Part shown: in pieces, positions 25,887 through 35,321 of the stretch | Position numbering within the stretch: the first letter of the stretch is position 1 | Layout of the letters: every line of letters begins with the position of its first letter | Origin: Trichodelitschia bisporula | Taxonomy: Eukaryota | Direction of reading: 5' to 3' | Length of the DNA stretch: 64,000 bases | Assembly (NCBI GenBank): GCA_010356995.1 | Contig: ML996689.1 | Span: forward strand, 452,691-516,690 | Translations under genes and position numbers: made by a program | The notes under the pieces: model-generated | Databases searched by the model: none | What the model was told of the DNA's origin: nothing | What the model saw: only the letters and a program-made list of their open reading frames with translations

Positions 25887-26720
25887 TTACAACTTACTCC
25901 CCGCCCCCCGTCCCCCCCTCAGTTCCCCATCATCCCCAACCTCCATGGTACAAAGAATACACGTATCCCTCAAACTCCCAACCCGATACGTCTTATTCGC
26001 CTCCTGATACTCCCTACTCCCCAGCATCGCACAGAAATGCCGGAGGCTCGGGTAATGCGCGATCGCAATCTCGTCCCAGCCATCTGCACTGCCATCACTG
26101 TGCTGCCACCCCTCTCCAGCGGGTTTCTCCGGCTTCACCACGGTCCCTACGATCTTGGCATTCCCGCCGTGTTTTTTTCCTGCGCTCTCGCCGAACGCGG
26201 CGCCGTACTTGAGATATTCCCCCTTGCGCCCTTCGACGAAGGCGAGCAGGTTGAGCATGGAGATTGGGTGGCTGCGCTGGCGCTCGGGTAGGCTGGAAAC
26301 CCATTCTTCGAGCTCGGAATCGAGTTCGAGGTCGCGGCTCCCGGGCGTGGTCAGGGGCTTTTCATCACGGTACACCGGCGGGGCGACCGGCGGATTCAGG
26401 AGGGACTCGTTTTTGGATTCGAAGTCTTTGAGTAAACGAGAGGGTATCCCGGCGCGGATGGACCAGGTTAGGGGGAGGCTGGCGAGGATGGAAGACGGGA
26501 GGGAGGTGGTGCCTGGCGGGAGGAGGAGGAGGAGGGTCCAGGGGTGAGAGGGGCTGTGGGAGAGGAGGGGTGTTGTGGAGAGGGAGGAGGGGAGGATTAT
26601 CCAGCGGAGGGGTTTGGCGACGACGATGGGTGAGATACCGGCGGAGCGGAGGGTGGAAAGGAAGGTTGGGATGCTGGTCCCCTGGGGGAGGGAGACGAGG
26701 GTGAGGGTGCAGAGCGGCAT
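25887..26720 (-). CDS. Conserved fungal protein with DUF1330-like dimeric alpha-beta barrel C-terminus
   Basis: MPLCTLTL...PLRWIILPS...PISMLNLLAF...YLKYGAAF...GGNAKIVG...WDEIAIAHYPSLRHFCAMLGSREYQ. Confidence 0.75.
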   Translation of the reverse strand: MPLCTLTLVSLPQGTSIPTFLSTLRSAGISPIVVAKPLRWIILPSSLSTTPLLSHSPSHPWTLLLLLPPGTTSLPSSILASLPLTWSIRAGIPSRLLKDFESKNESLLNPPVAPPVYRDEKPLTTPGSRDLELDSELEEWVSSLPERQRSHPISMLNLLAFVEGRKGEYLKYGAAFGESAGKKHGGNAKIVGTVVKPEKPAGEGWQHSDGSADGWDEIAIAHYPSLRHFCAMLGSREYQEANKTYRVGSLRDTCILCTMEVGDDGELRGGRGAGSKL

Positions 26721-26895
26721 TGTTGCGGTGGGTTGGGAATATCGTAGATCCAGGTGATGGTGAATTCGTCGGGATGGTAATGCGAAGCTGACGCCGTGGG
26801 ATTGATGCGCGGCTTTACGCCCGCGCGCCAATTGCGGGGTTGGATTCGGGCCTCGGATCGGGAGTGGGCCGATTGGAGTGGGGATAAGCTTTGGG

Positions 26896-26897
<2 letters not shown>

Positions 26898-26938
<41 letters not shown>
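26898..26938. repeat. Poly-G tract (41 nt)
   Basis: Directly visible. Confidence 0.95.
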
Positions 26939-26939
<1 letters not shown>

Positions 26940-27909
26940 GGGGGTGCGGGTGTGACGTGCGGGAGGAGTCTCGGCTGACGTTGTTTCGCAATTGTGGTTC
27001 CCGGGATGGGTGAAACAGATGTTTCGGTTCGGGAGAGAGATGGCTGCGCTTTGTTGTTGCAGGATGCCGTCTATCGGGCCGGTCGAAATCGGCTGGCCCC
27101 GCTCCCAGGCAAGCGGCCGACGATGCTAGGGCTACCTCGATGGCGGTCTTCTGATGCGCAGCGCACCAACACCGGAAGGCGTGTGCACCAACACTATTGA
27201 AGATCTGCACCAACACGAGAAGGATGCATGCACCCCCAGATCGAGTCCAGTGCTTGGGGGCACAAAGGCCGTTGCCGGGCAAACAACGCGCGACACCCAA
27301 TTAGCGCCCCCTGCCATCGCGATCCGCGACACTCCGCCTCACGTCCCCCGCAGGACAAACGAAACGGCGATGGGCGATGCACCACTCATCTCTCCCAGCT
27401 CCCGAACCACAGCTTCACAAAAGCAAAATGCGGGGTCGAGGCCGTTTTAAGCCGCAGGACCTTGGCCCATCTTACATATCTCCCTCGTGCCCTCCTTCTT
27501 TCCCTACCGCCACCAGCATCGTCATCGTCGCACCACGTCTGGCATCGTCGCTTCCGCTGGCAAGCAGACGCTCATCGGTGTCGACCGATGGATACGAAGA
27601 GGCAGGATCGATACAACGACGGAAGACGCGATGCACGAAAATAGGGTGGACGGGCCCCGCGCTGCGCCCGCCGTTTAGAGTGGCCCGATATTGCAGTCGC
27701 ACGTAGCCGCTCATTCCATTCCGCATCGCGGGGGGGAGGGTCGCACAGATTGCCCGTTACATCATCTGCCCGGTTGTATACATAGTAGTTGTCCCCGCGG
27801 TTTGTGTAGCTTCTTTCTGTCCAACTTATCGAGGCCTCCAACTACAACCCTCCTCGCACCACCTCCACTTAACCACCTCTCCAACTCCAACACCCTACAA
27901 CTCGCAACA

Positions 27910-28461
27910 ATGAACTTCCTAATCTTCTTCCTCGCCGCCCTCCTCCCCCTCGCCACCGCGCAAAACGATACCTGGTTCCACGTTCGCACCGCCACCCTCC
28001 CGCCTTCCCCGCAACACAATGCGCTCTGGGTAACAGCCTACCACACCGGCGCCGGGCTGTCGGACGCCGCGCTCTTGTCCTCCCTGGCGCCTGCGCACAT
28101 GGGCCGGTTGGATAACTCGTCGCTGCTGTGGTTCAACAGCACGCCGCCCTTTGGTTGGAACCTGCGGTACGGCGCGTACACGCTGTGGAATCCGGTTACC
28201 ATTGATGGCGGGAGCGGGAGTGGCGGGTTTGCTGTTGAGGGTGGAAATATTGTGCATAAGTCGGAGCAGTGGGGTGGGTGGCTTGGTGAGTATCCTGTGT
28301 GGTTTGGTGTGGGTGGGCATGGCTGATGCGTATTAGTGTGTGACTGGAACCATGGAGTGCCGCAGCTGTTCTGGCTGGATGGTGGGAGGACGCAACCCGA
28401 GACGAAGCTGCCGGTTAGTTGCAACCGCGTCGAGCTTAAGGTTGTGCCTGTCACGGCCTAG
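27910..28461 (+). CDS. Small secreted protein (intron 28286-28336)
   Basis: Signal peptide MNFLIFFLAALLPLATAQ; AYHTGAGLSDA...WGGWL-VCDWNHGVPQLFW...CNRVEL. Confidence 0.82.
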
Positions 28462-30346
28462 AATGCTGTGCAGAGGGCTAAGAGGGCTGAGACGGGTTAA
28501 GACGGGTTAATCGTGTTGATGGGACAGTGCGCCGTTAAGCGTAAAAAGCATGACTAGGAGCTAATATCATAATGTCGATGCCGTCACCATTCTACCCGCG
28601 CAGCACATGTCAGCGTCTTGACGGTCAAGGAAACGGAAAATCACTGATGGAGAGCCACTATGGCTCAGCTAACATGGTTTCTGCTGCTCGAGGTACTCAG
28701 TTATGTAGGCCGAGAGGAGGATTGAAGCTTGTCGGTGATGCGGAGGAGCAGACAGATGTTGCCGCTTGATCAACCCCAGGCTCTATGGACAGAAAGTTCA
28801 TGTGATATTTCCACCTAACTTGCCGAGAGGATGCAGCGAAAGGATGCTTCTTTGAGGGTTGAAGTAGAATGAAGGCTAGAAAGCGAAGCTCTCGGAGGCA
28901 ACACCACACCGAAGCCGTACGTACGCTTGACGGTTATTTTCTCCCAGATCGATCTCTGAAGCGAAACAGACAGCATCCAAAAATTAGTTTCTTAGTCCAC
29001 ACGTAGCCAGCACATTGATGGAGGGACGTCGAAAAGCTGAGACGTGACGCAGTTTAAAATGAATAGTTGCCTAGTCGGGATATCAGCGCTCGATCCGGAT
29101 CATGACCCTGTCGTCGGATTTTCGTGAAGCCTTGCCGACCCGCGTACCCAACATCAACATCAACATCAACTGTCCCAACTTCACAAGATCACGTCTTCGG
29201 TTCGTCAACTCTGCAGCTCATTGCCCTGCATCGTCTCATTATCTTCTCTGCGAGACATAGACGCCAGCGTCAGTCTTGTGCAACACTTGTCTGTCGACTA
29301 TTCAGCTCGCCACGAAACATGCTCACCAACGCGCCAATGCCATGATAAGCCGCCGCAGACGCGCCTATCACACTGCACATCGCCTGCCTGGAGCACGGTT
29401 CGCCTCGGCGCCAGCTCCCAAACCGCCTAGCACCCACTCTACCGGAAACCACTGCGCACACGAGTACTGGGCCTCGGATTCCGAACATCGAACGCCCTGC
29501 ATGCGATTATGCCCGGCCCGGCTGCGATTGCTACGCCCTGGCCAACACCCCCCACGTCGCCATGTAATGGCGTCCAGCTACCCCGCCATTGGCCGCGGGG
29601 CATATCGTTCATCTCATAGTTACGCCCCGTCCGTTGTCTCGCATCACTGATCTGATACTCAGATGTCTGCGTATGTCCGTGTATCCACTGAACTCGCTGT
29701 GCCTGACTGGGAGGCCGCCTCGATCGTGTTTTGCATCCTTTTCATGGACAAGGCAAAGCCTCGCCTTCACGAGGCAACGCGGGGTAGCAGAATGGCCCGC
29801 CCCTCATCCCCCACACCGAGGTCTACGCAAAAAGCAACGCCCGCTCAACTTCCATAGGACGCGTCCCTCATCGCCTCCGCCAGCAACCGGGCCAGCACCC
29901 GCAAAAGGACTCTCCTGCGCTCCCGCCTTCTCCCCGCCATTGGTAACCCACGAGCCCAACGACAGTCGGCCAAGTAGTCCGCGGTCGGCGTCCCTCGCGC
30001 TACAGGTCGTAGCTCGCAGTACAGCACTGCTGCGTGGCCGCGCGACTTGCCCCGCGCCGCCACCTCAGCGGGCCCCAAGCCAGGACCCCGCCGTGGCCCC
30101 CCGCGAAGAGCCTCCACGTCGGCGAGCTAGTCCATTTTGATCTACGAGTGCAGATGGGCCCGCTGATACGGCGATACGGGGCGGGGGGGGGGGGGGGGTT
30201 GGCCCGAGGGGAAGGATGGCGAACGCGTGGTGCTGTGCGGCGCGACGCGTACTTAACCCTCACTGTTGGGCTCATCGCTGACGAGCACAGCTTCCCCCAT
30301 GCCACTCCATCCGCCTTTCTTTCTTTCCCCCTAACCCCAAGGCACC

Positions 30347-32200
30347 ATGGACGTGCACGACGAAACCTTCGTCGTCGTCAAGCCCTCCGTTTCTCCCGCC
30401 ATGAGCGACGTCCACGGCCCCTCCTCGCCCTTGCGGCGCATGTCTGACGGCACAGCGCCGCCGGAGGCCCTCGTTGCGGCGTCGTCGCCCACTGTCCGCA
30501 TCCACACTCCCAGTGTCAGGACGCACACTCCCGTCCATGGCTTCCACGCGCAGGCCGGCGGCCCGCCCCACGTGCACGCCTGGCCATCCACGGCCGCCCA
30601 GCACGCTGCCGGCCAGTGGAAATACGCTTACGGCCCGCCACCCGGCCCGAAGCGCTCCAACACCGCTCCCGTTCTTCCCACTGTCACGCAGTCACCGCGC
30701 ATGGTCCCGGTTGACTCTGACCATCCCCACTTCGCCCAGCTCCGGCGGTGCGAGTCCCCATCCCTCTCAGCCCATCACCCCCCCTCGGCCCACCGCCCCC
30801 GCCCCCGTGCCCGCAAGCATTCCTTCTCCGCTTACCCGCCCGCACCGCACGTCCTGGCGCCCACGCCCCCGCCCCCACCCCCTATGTACACGGCTTCTCC
30901 TTTGCCCTTCAAGCAGCAACTGCATCAGCAGCTGCACCAGCAGCAGCAGCAGCAGCAGCAACCACCGCGCTACAATCCATATCCCTACCCGTACCCCCTC
31001 GCAGCCATGCCCCCGCCGCCCGGGCTCTACGCCCCCTTCCCACCCGCCTTGTTCCCCGCCCCCGCGCATCCCCATCCCCAGCCCCAAGCCCCGATCGGCC
31101 TTCCTACCCCCGCACCCACTGCCTGGCCCCAACGTCCCCCGTCCACCGTCACATCGGCCTCGCGCTCGCGCACTGCAACCTCGACATCCGGCAGCCATCA
31201 GCGCGGCCACTCGTCCCCGCCGCCTATTCCCGCCGTCTGGACCAGCAAGGCCTTCATCCCCGTAAAATCGCTCTACGACAGTGGCATCGTGCCGCCGACC
31301 AACGGAACCGACGGCCTGGTCAGCCTCGCACCCTTCGCGCCCCGCCGCGCCTACCTCACCTTCCACGACCTGACCACTTCCGATTTGCGCCGCTTCTGGT
31401 GGCTCCTGCGCCACGGGGACGAGGACACGTGGTATGCGCAACCCGCCGGCCCCGTGCTCGATCAGATTGCACTGCTGGCAAAGTTTCCGGGGGCGGGTGG
31501 GGGTGTCGGGATGCACGCTAAGGCGCAGTTCGCGGATGAGCACATCAGGCGGCTCATGCGGCCGGCGGAGCGCGGGCCGGTGGGCGCGGGGACAGTAAGG
31601 GTTGCGGTGGGGCGCGCGCTTATGGTCCCCGGGGCGGGAGAGGAGGATATCGAGGGTGTGCCGTGCCAGGTTGCGGGTGGGCATGGGAAGGTGGCGGCGG
31701 GGGAGGGGGGGCGGAAGAGTCGCGCGCAGCAGCGGGAGGGGGATGAGGATGCGGGGAGTGGAGAGGAGAGCGGGGATGAGGATGAGGAGGACGATGCCAA
31801 GAGCGAGAGTAGTGCTGAGTCCGACGGGAGCTTGAGCGCGGGCAGTGTGGCCAGCTCGGCGCGGTGGCTGAACGGGTGCAAGAAGTGCAGCCGTGCGAAG
31901 CAGGCGAGGCTCCGGGGGGCGAACTGTGTTTGGTATAGCGTTGTGCAGGGGATGCTGTCTGGGGGGGGTGTGGGGGATGTCCCGGTGTTCAAGGTTGTGA
32001 GGAGGGGGAGTCGGGAGGCGGCGGCCGCGCAGGCGTTTTATGATGCGGGGGCGAGTGGGTGGTCGACGCTTTTTACGGCGGTGGTGGCGGAGGAGAGGGA
32101 GCGGAGTTTGTGGCGGTGGTGTGAGGGGTGGGAGAGGGTGGAGGAGCTTTGGCGGCTTGGGGAGGGGGAGGGGAGGGGGAAGGTGAGGATGTTCTTCTAG
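30347..32200 (+). CDS. Hypothetical protein (617 aa; Pro-rich/polyQ N-terminal half, acidic tract, globular-looking C-terminus)
   Basis: Long ATG-initiated ORF in a CACCATGG context with GC3-biased codons. Confidence 0.7.
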   Translation: MDVHDETFVVVKPSVSPAMSDVHGPSSPLRRMSDGTAPPEALVAASSPTVRIHTPSVRTHTPVHGFHAQAGGPPHVHAWPSTAAQHAAGQWKYAYGPPPGPKRSNTAPVLPTVTQSPRMVPVDSDHPHFAQLRRCESPSLSAHHPPSAHRPRPRARKHSFSAYPPAPHVLAPTPPPPPPMYTASPLPFKQQLHQQLHQQQQQQQQPPRYNPYPYPYPLAAMPPPPGLYAPFPPALFPAPAHPHPQPQAPIGLPTPAPTAWPQRPPSTVTSASRSRTATSTSGSHQRGHSSPPPIPAVWTSKAFIPVKSLYDSGIVPPTNGTDGLVSLAPFAPRRAYLTFHDLTTSDLRRFWWLLRHGDEDTWYAQPAGPVLDQIALLAKFPGAGGGVGMHAKAQFADEHIRRLMRPAERGPVGAGTVRVAVGRALMVPGAGEEDIEGVPCQVAGGHGKVAAGEGGRKSRAQQREGDEDAGSGEESGDEDEEDDAKSESSAESDGSLSAGSVASSARWLNGCKKCSRAKQARLRGANCVWYSVVQGMLSGGGVGDVPVFKVVRRGSREAAAAQAFYDAGASGWSTLFTAVVAEERERSLWRWCEGWERVEELWRLGEGEGRGKVRMFF

Positions 32201-32724
32201 GGGGAAAGGGTGTGAGCAGAGGGGGATTATGGGGTGAAAGAGGCGGTGGTTTCGATGCTTCATGTTTCTACACGCATTTTTGGCGTTTGTGGAGGTGGTC
32301 TTCTGGTTTCCGCATAGCGAGAAGGTGGTATGATCTGGTTTTCACACATTCGGCGTCTGGCGTTGGATACTCGAACTCAGCAATGAGGACCCCTCGGGGG
32401 GAATCAGATTGTGGGTTTTGCTTTGCTTGTCTCGGGGGTTCGGTTTAGAGATAGATTGTTCTCGCTTCAGCACAGATTGTTGACTGTTAAGTTAGGTTGT
32501 TAGGTTGCTAGGTTTTAAGCCTAATTTAAGGGTTAGAGTTCTTGATATCCGCACTCTTCGTGCCTTTCACTCATGGATACATGCTCTTCTTCCGTCGTTA
32601 CGTCCTGCTCAACGCGTTGTCCAGCCGGACTGTTCTCCTCTGATGATCGAACCCTTCTAAGGGCGCGTTATACTAAGTTCTGCCCATTATCTTCTTCAAT
32701 AGCCCGCAGTAAAGCCGAGCATAT

Positions 32725-32876
32725 CAATGAAAAGGAAGCAGAACCATCAAAAATTAGGCGGAGATACTCCCCAAAGGAGTAGCTCATACCAGTATCCCCC
32801 CCTGCGCTGTGCCACGGCAAAGGGCTGTTCCGGTAGACTGTCGTATTCTGGATCGCGAACAGTTCCGCTTCCGTAT
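32725..32876 (-). ncRNA. U1 snRNA-like RNA, copy A, with non-canonical 5' end (3' end approximate)
   Basis: Reverse complement: ATACGGAA-GCGG-[AACTGTTCGC GATCCAGAAT ACGACAGTC]-[TACCGG..CCCTTTGCC GTGGCACAGC GCAGGGG..CTGGTA]-[AGCTACTCC TTTG GGGAGTATCT]-CCGC-CT-AATTTTTG. Sm site at 32755-32748; TATAAGTA at 32918-32911. Confidence 0.72.
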
Positions 32877-33206
32877 GAAGAGAAGAAGAATAGGAGAAAG
32901 GGGGGGGGGGTACTTATACCGCTTGAGCGAGGTCCGAGCTTGGTTCTAGTTGATAGAGGTTTTTCCGGCGCTAAGAAGGTGGTGATGCTTAGGGAAGTTG
33001 GAAGGCACGCGGTCGCTCCGCGGTAAGCTCTCCACCGCGTCAAAGACGCGTCGCGGGTCAAAGGACATCTCATACCTTCCTCACAAACATCACCACCTTC
33101 TAGAACTAGCGCCGGAAAACTCCCCATCAACTACCAAGCTCGGACCTCGCCTGAGGGGTATAAATACCCCCTCTCCCCTCCCTCTCCTCCTCTTCTTTTC
33201 TTCTTC

Positions 33207-33345
33207 ATACGGAAGCGGGACTGTTCGCGCTCCAGAATGCGACAGTCTGCCAGGGTCTCCTCTGCTTTGCGGAGAGGTGCTGGTATGGGTCCCTTGGGGG
33301 GCACCACCGTATAATTTTTGATTGCTCTGCTTCTTTTTTTTTCAT
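33207..33345 (+). ncRNA. U1 snRNA-like RNA, copy B, with non-canonical 5' end and shortened SL2 (3' end approximate)
   Basis: ATACGGAA-GCGG-[GACTGTTCGC GCTCCAGAAT GCGACAGTC]-[TGCCAG..CTCTGC TTT GCGGAG..CTGGTA]-[TGGGTCCC TTGG GGGGCACCA]-CCGT-AT-AATTTTTG. Sm site at 33313-33320; TATAAATA at 33159. Confidence 0.7.
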
Positions 33346-34065
33346 TGATATGTTCGCCTTTGCGCGGGCTGTTGAGGAAGATTTGGAGTAGCAGTTTCTT
33401 GCCTACGTCTAATCGCCATCCTCATCCTCACGCTCACACTCACCCTGACCCTGGCCCTGACCCTGGCCCTGGCCCTGAAGCCCCACCTTAACCCGCCCGC
33501 CCTAACCCACACCCTAACCCACACCCCCGACCCACACCTTCCCGCATGCCAGCCCACACCTAATCCTCACCCTTGGGAAGTGGCCAATTGGGCTCGGTCC
33601 CGCGTTTTAGCAGCAGCGACAAACTTGCACCCATTATTGACGCCGACCAACGGGCTAGTAAGGCAGTCGGCCCGTCCCAAGGCTGAGCCCCGCAGCTGCT
33701 GATTGGCCGATCGCCGAGCCCATGATGCCACACGCAGTTCGAACCCACGAAGCTGCAGGTTGACAGGTGCGGCGTGTAGTGCTTGCAGCGAGACGTGGCC
33801 AACGCACTCACCCTTTTGAGCAGTGGTCGCTGTGATCCGCTCCGGCCTCCGAGCGCCGTCGGTGGGAACGCTCGCAGCATCGCGCTCGCTGGTGCGCGGG
33901 GAGGAAGTAGCGGCAGTCCACGCCCGGGTTCAAATGTATCCCCATCACCTCCCCGCCTCTCACCAAACAGCTTCATTTACCCACTCACAGCACTTCTGTT
34001 CATTTCATCTCCAGCCCGCTAATCGCTTAGTATACACCCATTCTTTTCTATTCCAACCCACCGCC

Positions 34066-35321
34066 ATGGCGCCTCTGCCGGGTAGCCGCTTATGCTTTCC
34101 GCTCGCGGACCGCTACATTGTTTGTCCTCGGGCGCCTCTTACATCTCTTCCAATACACCAACGGTGCCCCCACCTGGTTCCATCACCGCTATGACCTCCT
34201 CGCGTATCTCACCGTCTGCGAGCTCTGCATGACCAGAGGCTTCGTCAACACCATCATGAGTCTACACATGTTCAACCGGGGGCACCTCCGCCTGCCCCCT
34301 CCGTTTGCACGCGCTCTTTCCCCCGAGAATGTCCGCAGGCGTGCCGACATCTTCCTAAGCCGACCCTCATCCGACCGCGACTTATCCCCAGATGAGGCCC
34401 GCAACCTCCTTAACCGGCGCGTACGGGACGCCCACGCCGCCGCGCAAGAGCGCCCCTGGACCGATGACTGGTCGACGTATGGGTGGAACCAGTCCGTTGT
34501 TCGCGCCGAGATATTGCTCGCAATGACACGGGTCCGGACCGCTGCCGAAGCGTCGGAAATTTGGGCAAAGACATGGGCCCGTCAAATGTGGGGATGGTTG
34601 TGGTATGGCGGATTGCTGGCTGGCCTGTTAGCCGACGGAGGCGACTTATTTGAACCATTTTGATGTGAAGAATGGGCTGCTCGTTGCCTAAGCACCTACG
34701 GGCGAAGTGAACTACCGATCGATTTGGTTCTACCACAACCAGCCCGAGGCCCTGATGGCCGTCCCGCCGCCCAGGTTCTGGGGCGATTTTGCGGCTTATT
34801 TCTGGAAGGAGATCTGCCAAGTGGCAAGGGTGCATCCGAGGTCTCTACGTTACGTCCTACAAGAAGAAATACTGCAAGGTGCAGACGACTATACGACCAA
34901 TCCGATCCAGATGGCCTTGTATCGACGGGATGAGCGCTTGGAGTATTATGCTTTTGGAGGCCAGGTTGTGTTTTCCGCTGAGGAAGAGGCAGGCAAGGCC
35001 TTGAACGGCAGTCTGTATGGGATTGAAACTGCCCGGATGCTGATTCAGAATAAAGAGACGCTCGGCGTTAAGACTATAACCCATGTGTTGGTCCTCCCGG
35101 TCGAAATGGGGTGGGACTGGATCGATTATGAATCGGATAACGGCGATTGGAATGACTTATGGAGCCAGTACTTCGAGGACTGTGCGGATTGGCCGTCATT
35201 TCCCCTTGTCAACATGGTGTACGTCGTTGATAATTTACGGAAGCCCCCGGGTCAAGACGATACGGTTGAAAATACGACGCAAATTGAGAGCATTCCTCGC
35301 CCGGTCGCAACCTCAATGTAG
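34066..35321 (+). pseudogene. Disrupted fungal hypothetical-protein gene (frameshifts and in-frame TAA near 34690)
   Basis: Protein-like segments are spread over different frames: NHFDVKNGLLVA*...FWGDFAAYFW...LRYVLQEEI...EAGKALNGSLYG...LIQNKETLGVKTITHV. No convincing intron repairs the breaks. Confidence 0.5.

Larger units (their letters stand above)
32688..33382. repeat. Imperfect inverted duplication (~310-bp arms, ~70-bp spacer) containing the two U1-like genes and their promoters
   Basis: Arms 32688-33000 and 33073-33382 are reverse complements, e.g. GGTCCGAGCTTGG/CCAAGCTCGGACC and ATATCAATGAAAA/TTTTCATTGATAT. Confidence 0.92.

Noticed and set aside
30767..32263. 498-aa antisense ORF, and similar long antisense ORFs at 11149 and 23739
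   Set aside because: Shadow ORFs of GC-rich coding sequence on the opposite strand.
32725..33345. U11, U4 or U5 snRNA
   Set aside because: Lacks the U11 5' AAAAAGGGC end, the U5 loop GCCTTTTAC and any evident U6-pairing region; loops and spacing fit U1.
32688..33382. Simple MITE/foldback element or miRNA-like hairpin
   Set aside because: The arms are too diverged, no TSD is seen, and divergence preserves structure within each arm rather than pairing between arms. Not fully excluded without a copy-number search.
33480..33565. Telomerase RNA template
   Set aside because: CCCTAACCC occurs inside a degenerate hexamer microsatellite; no pseudoknot or other TER elements were recognised.
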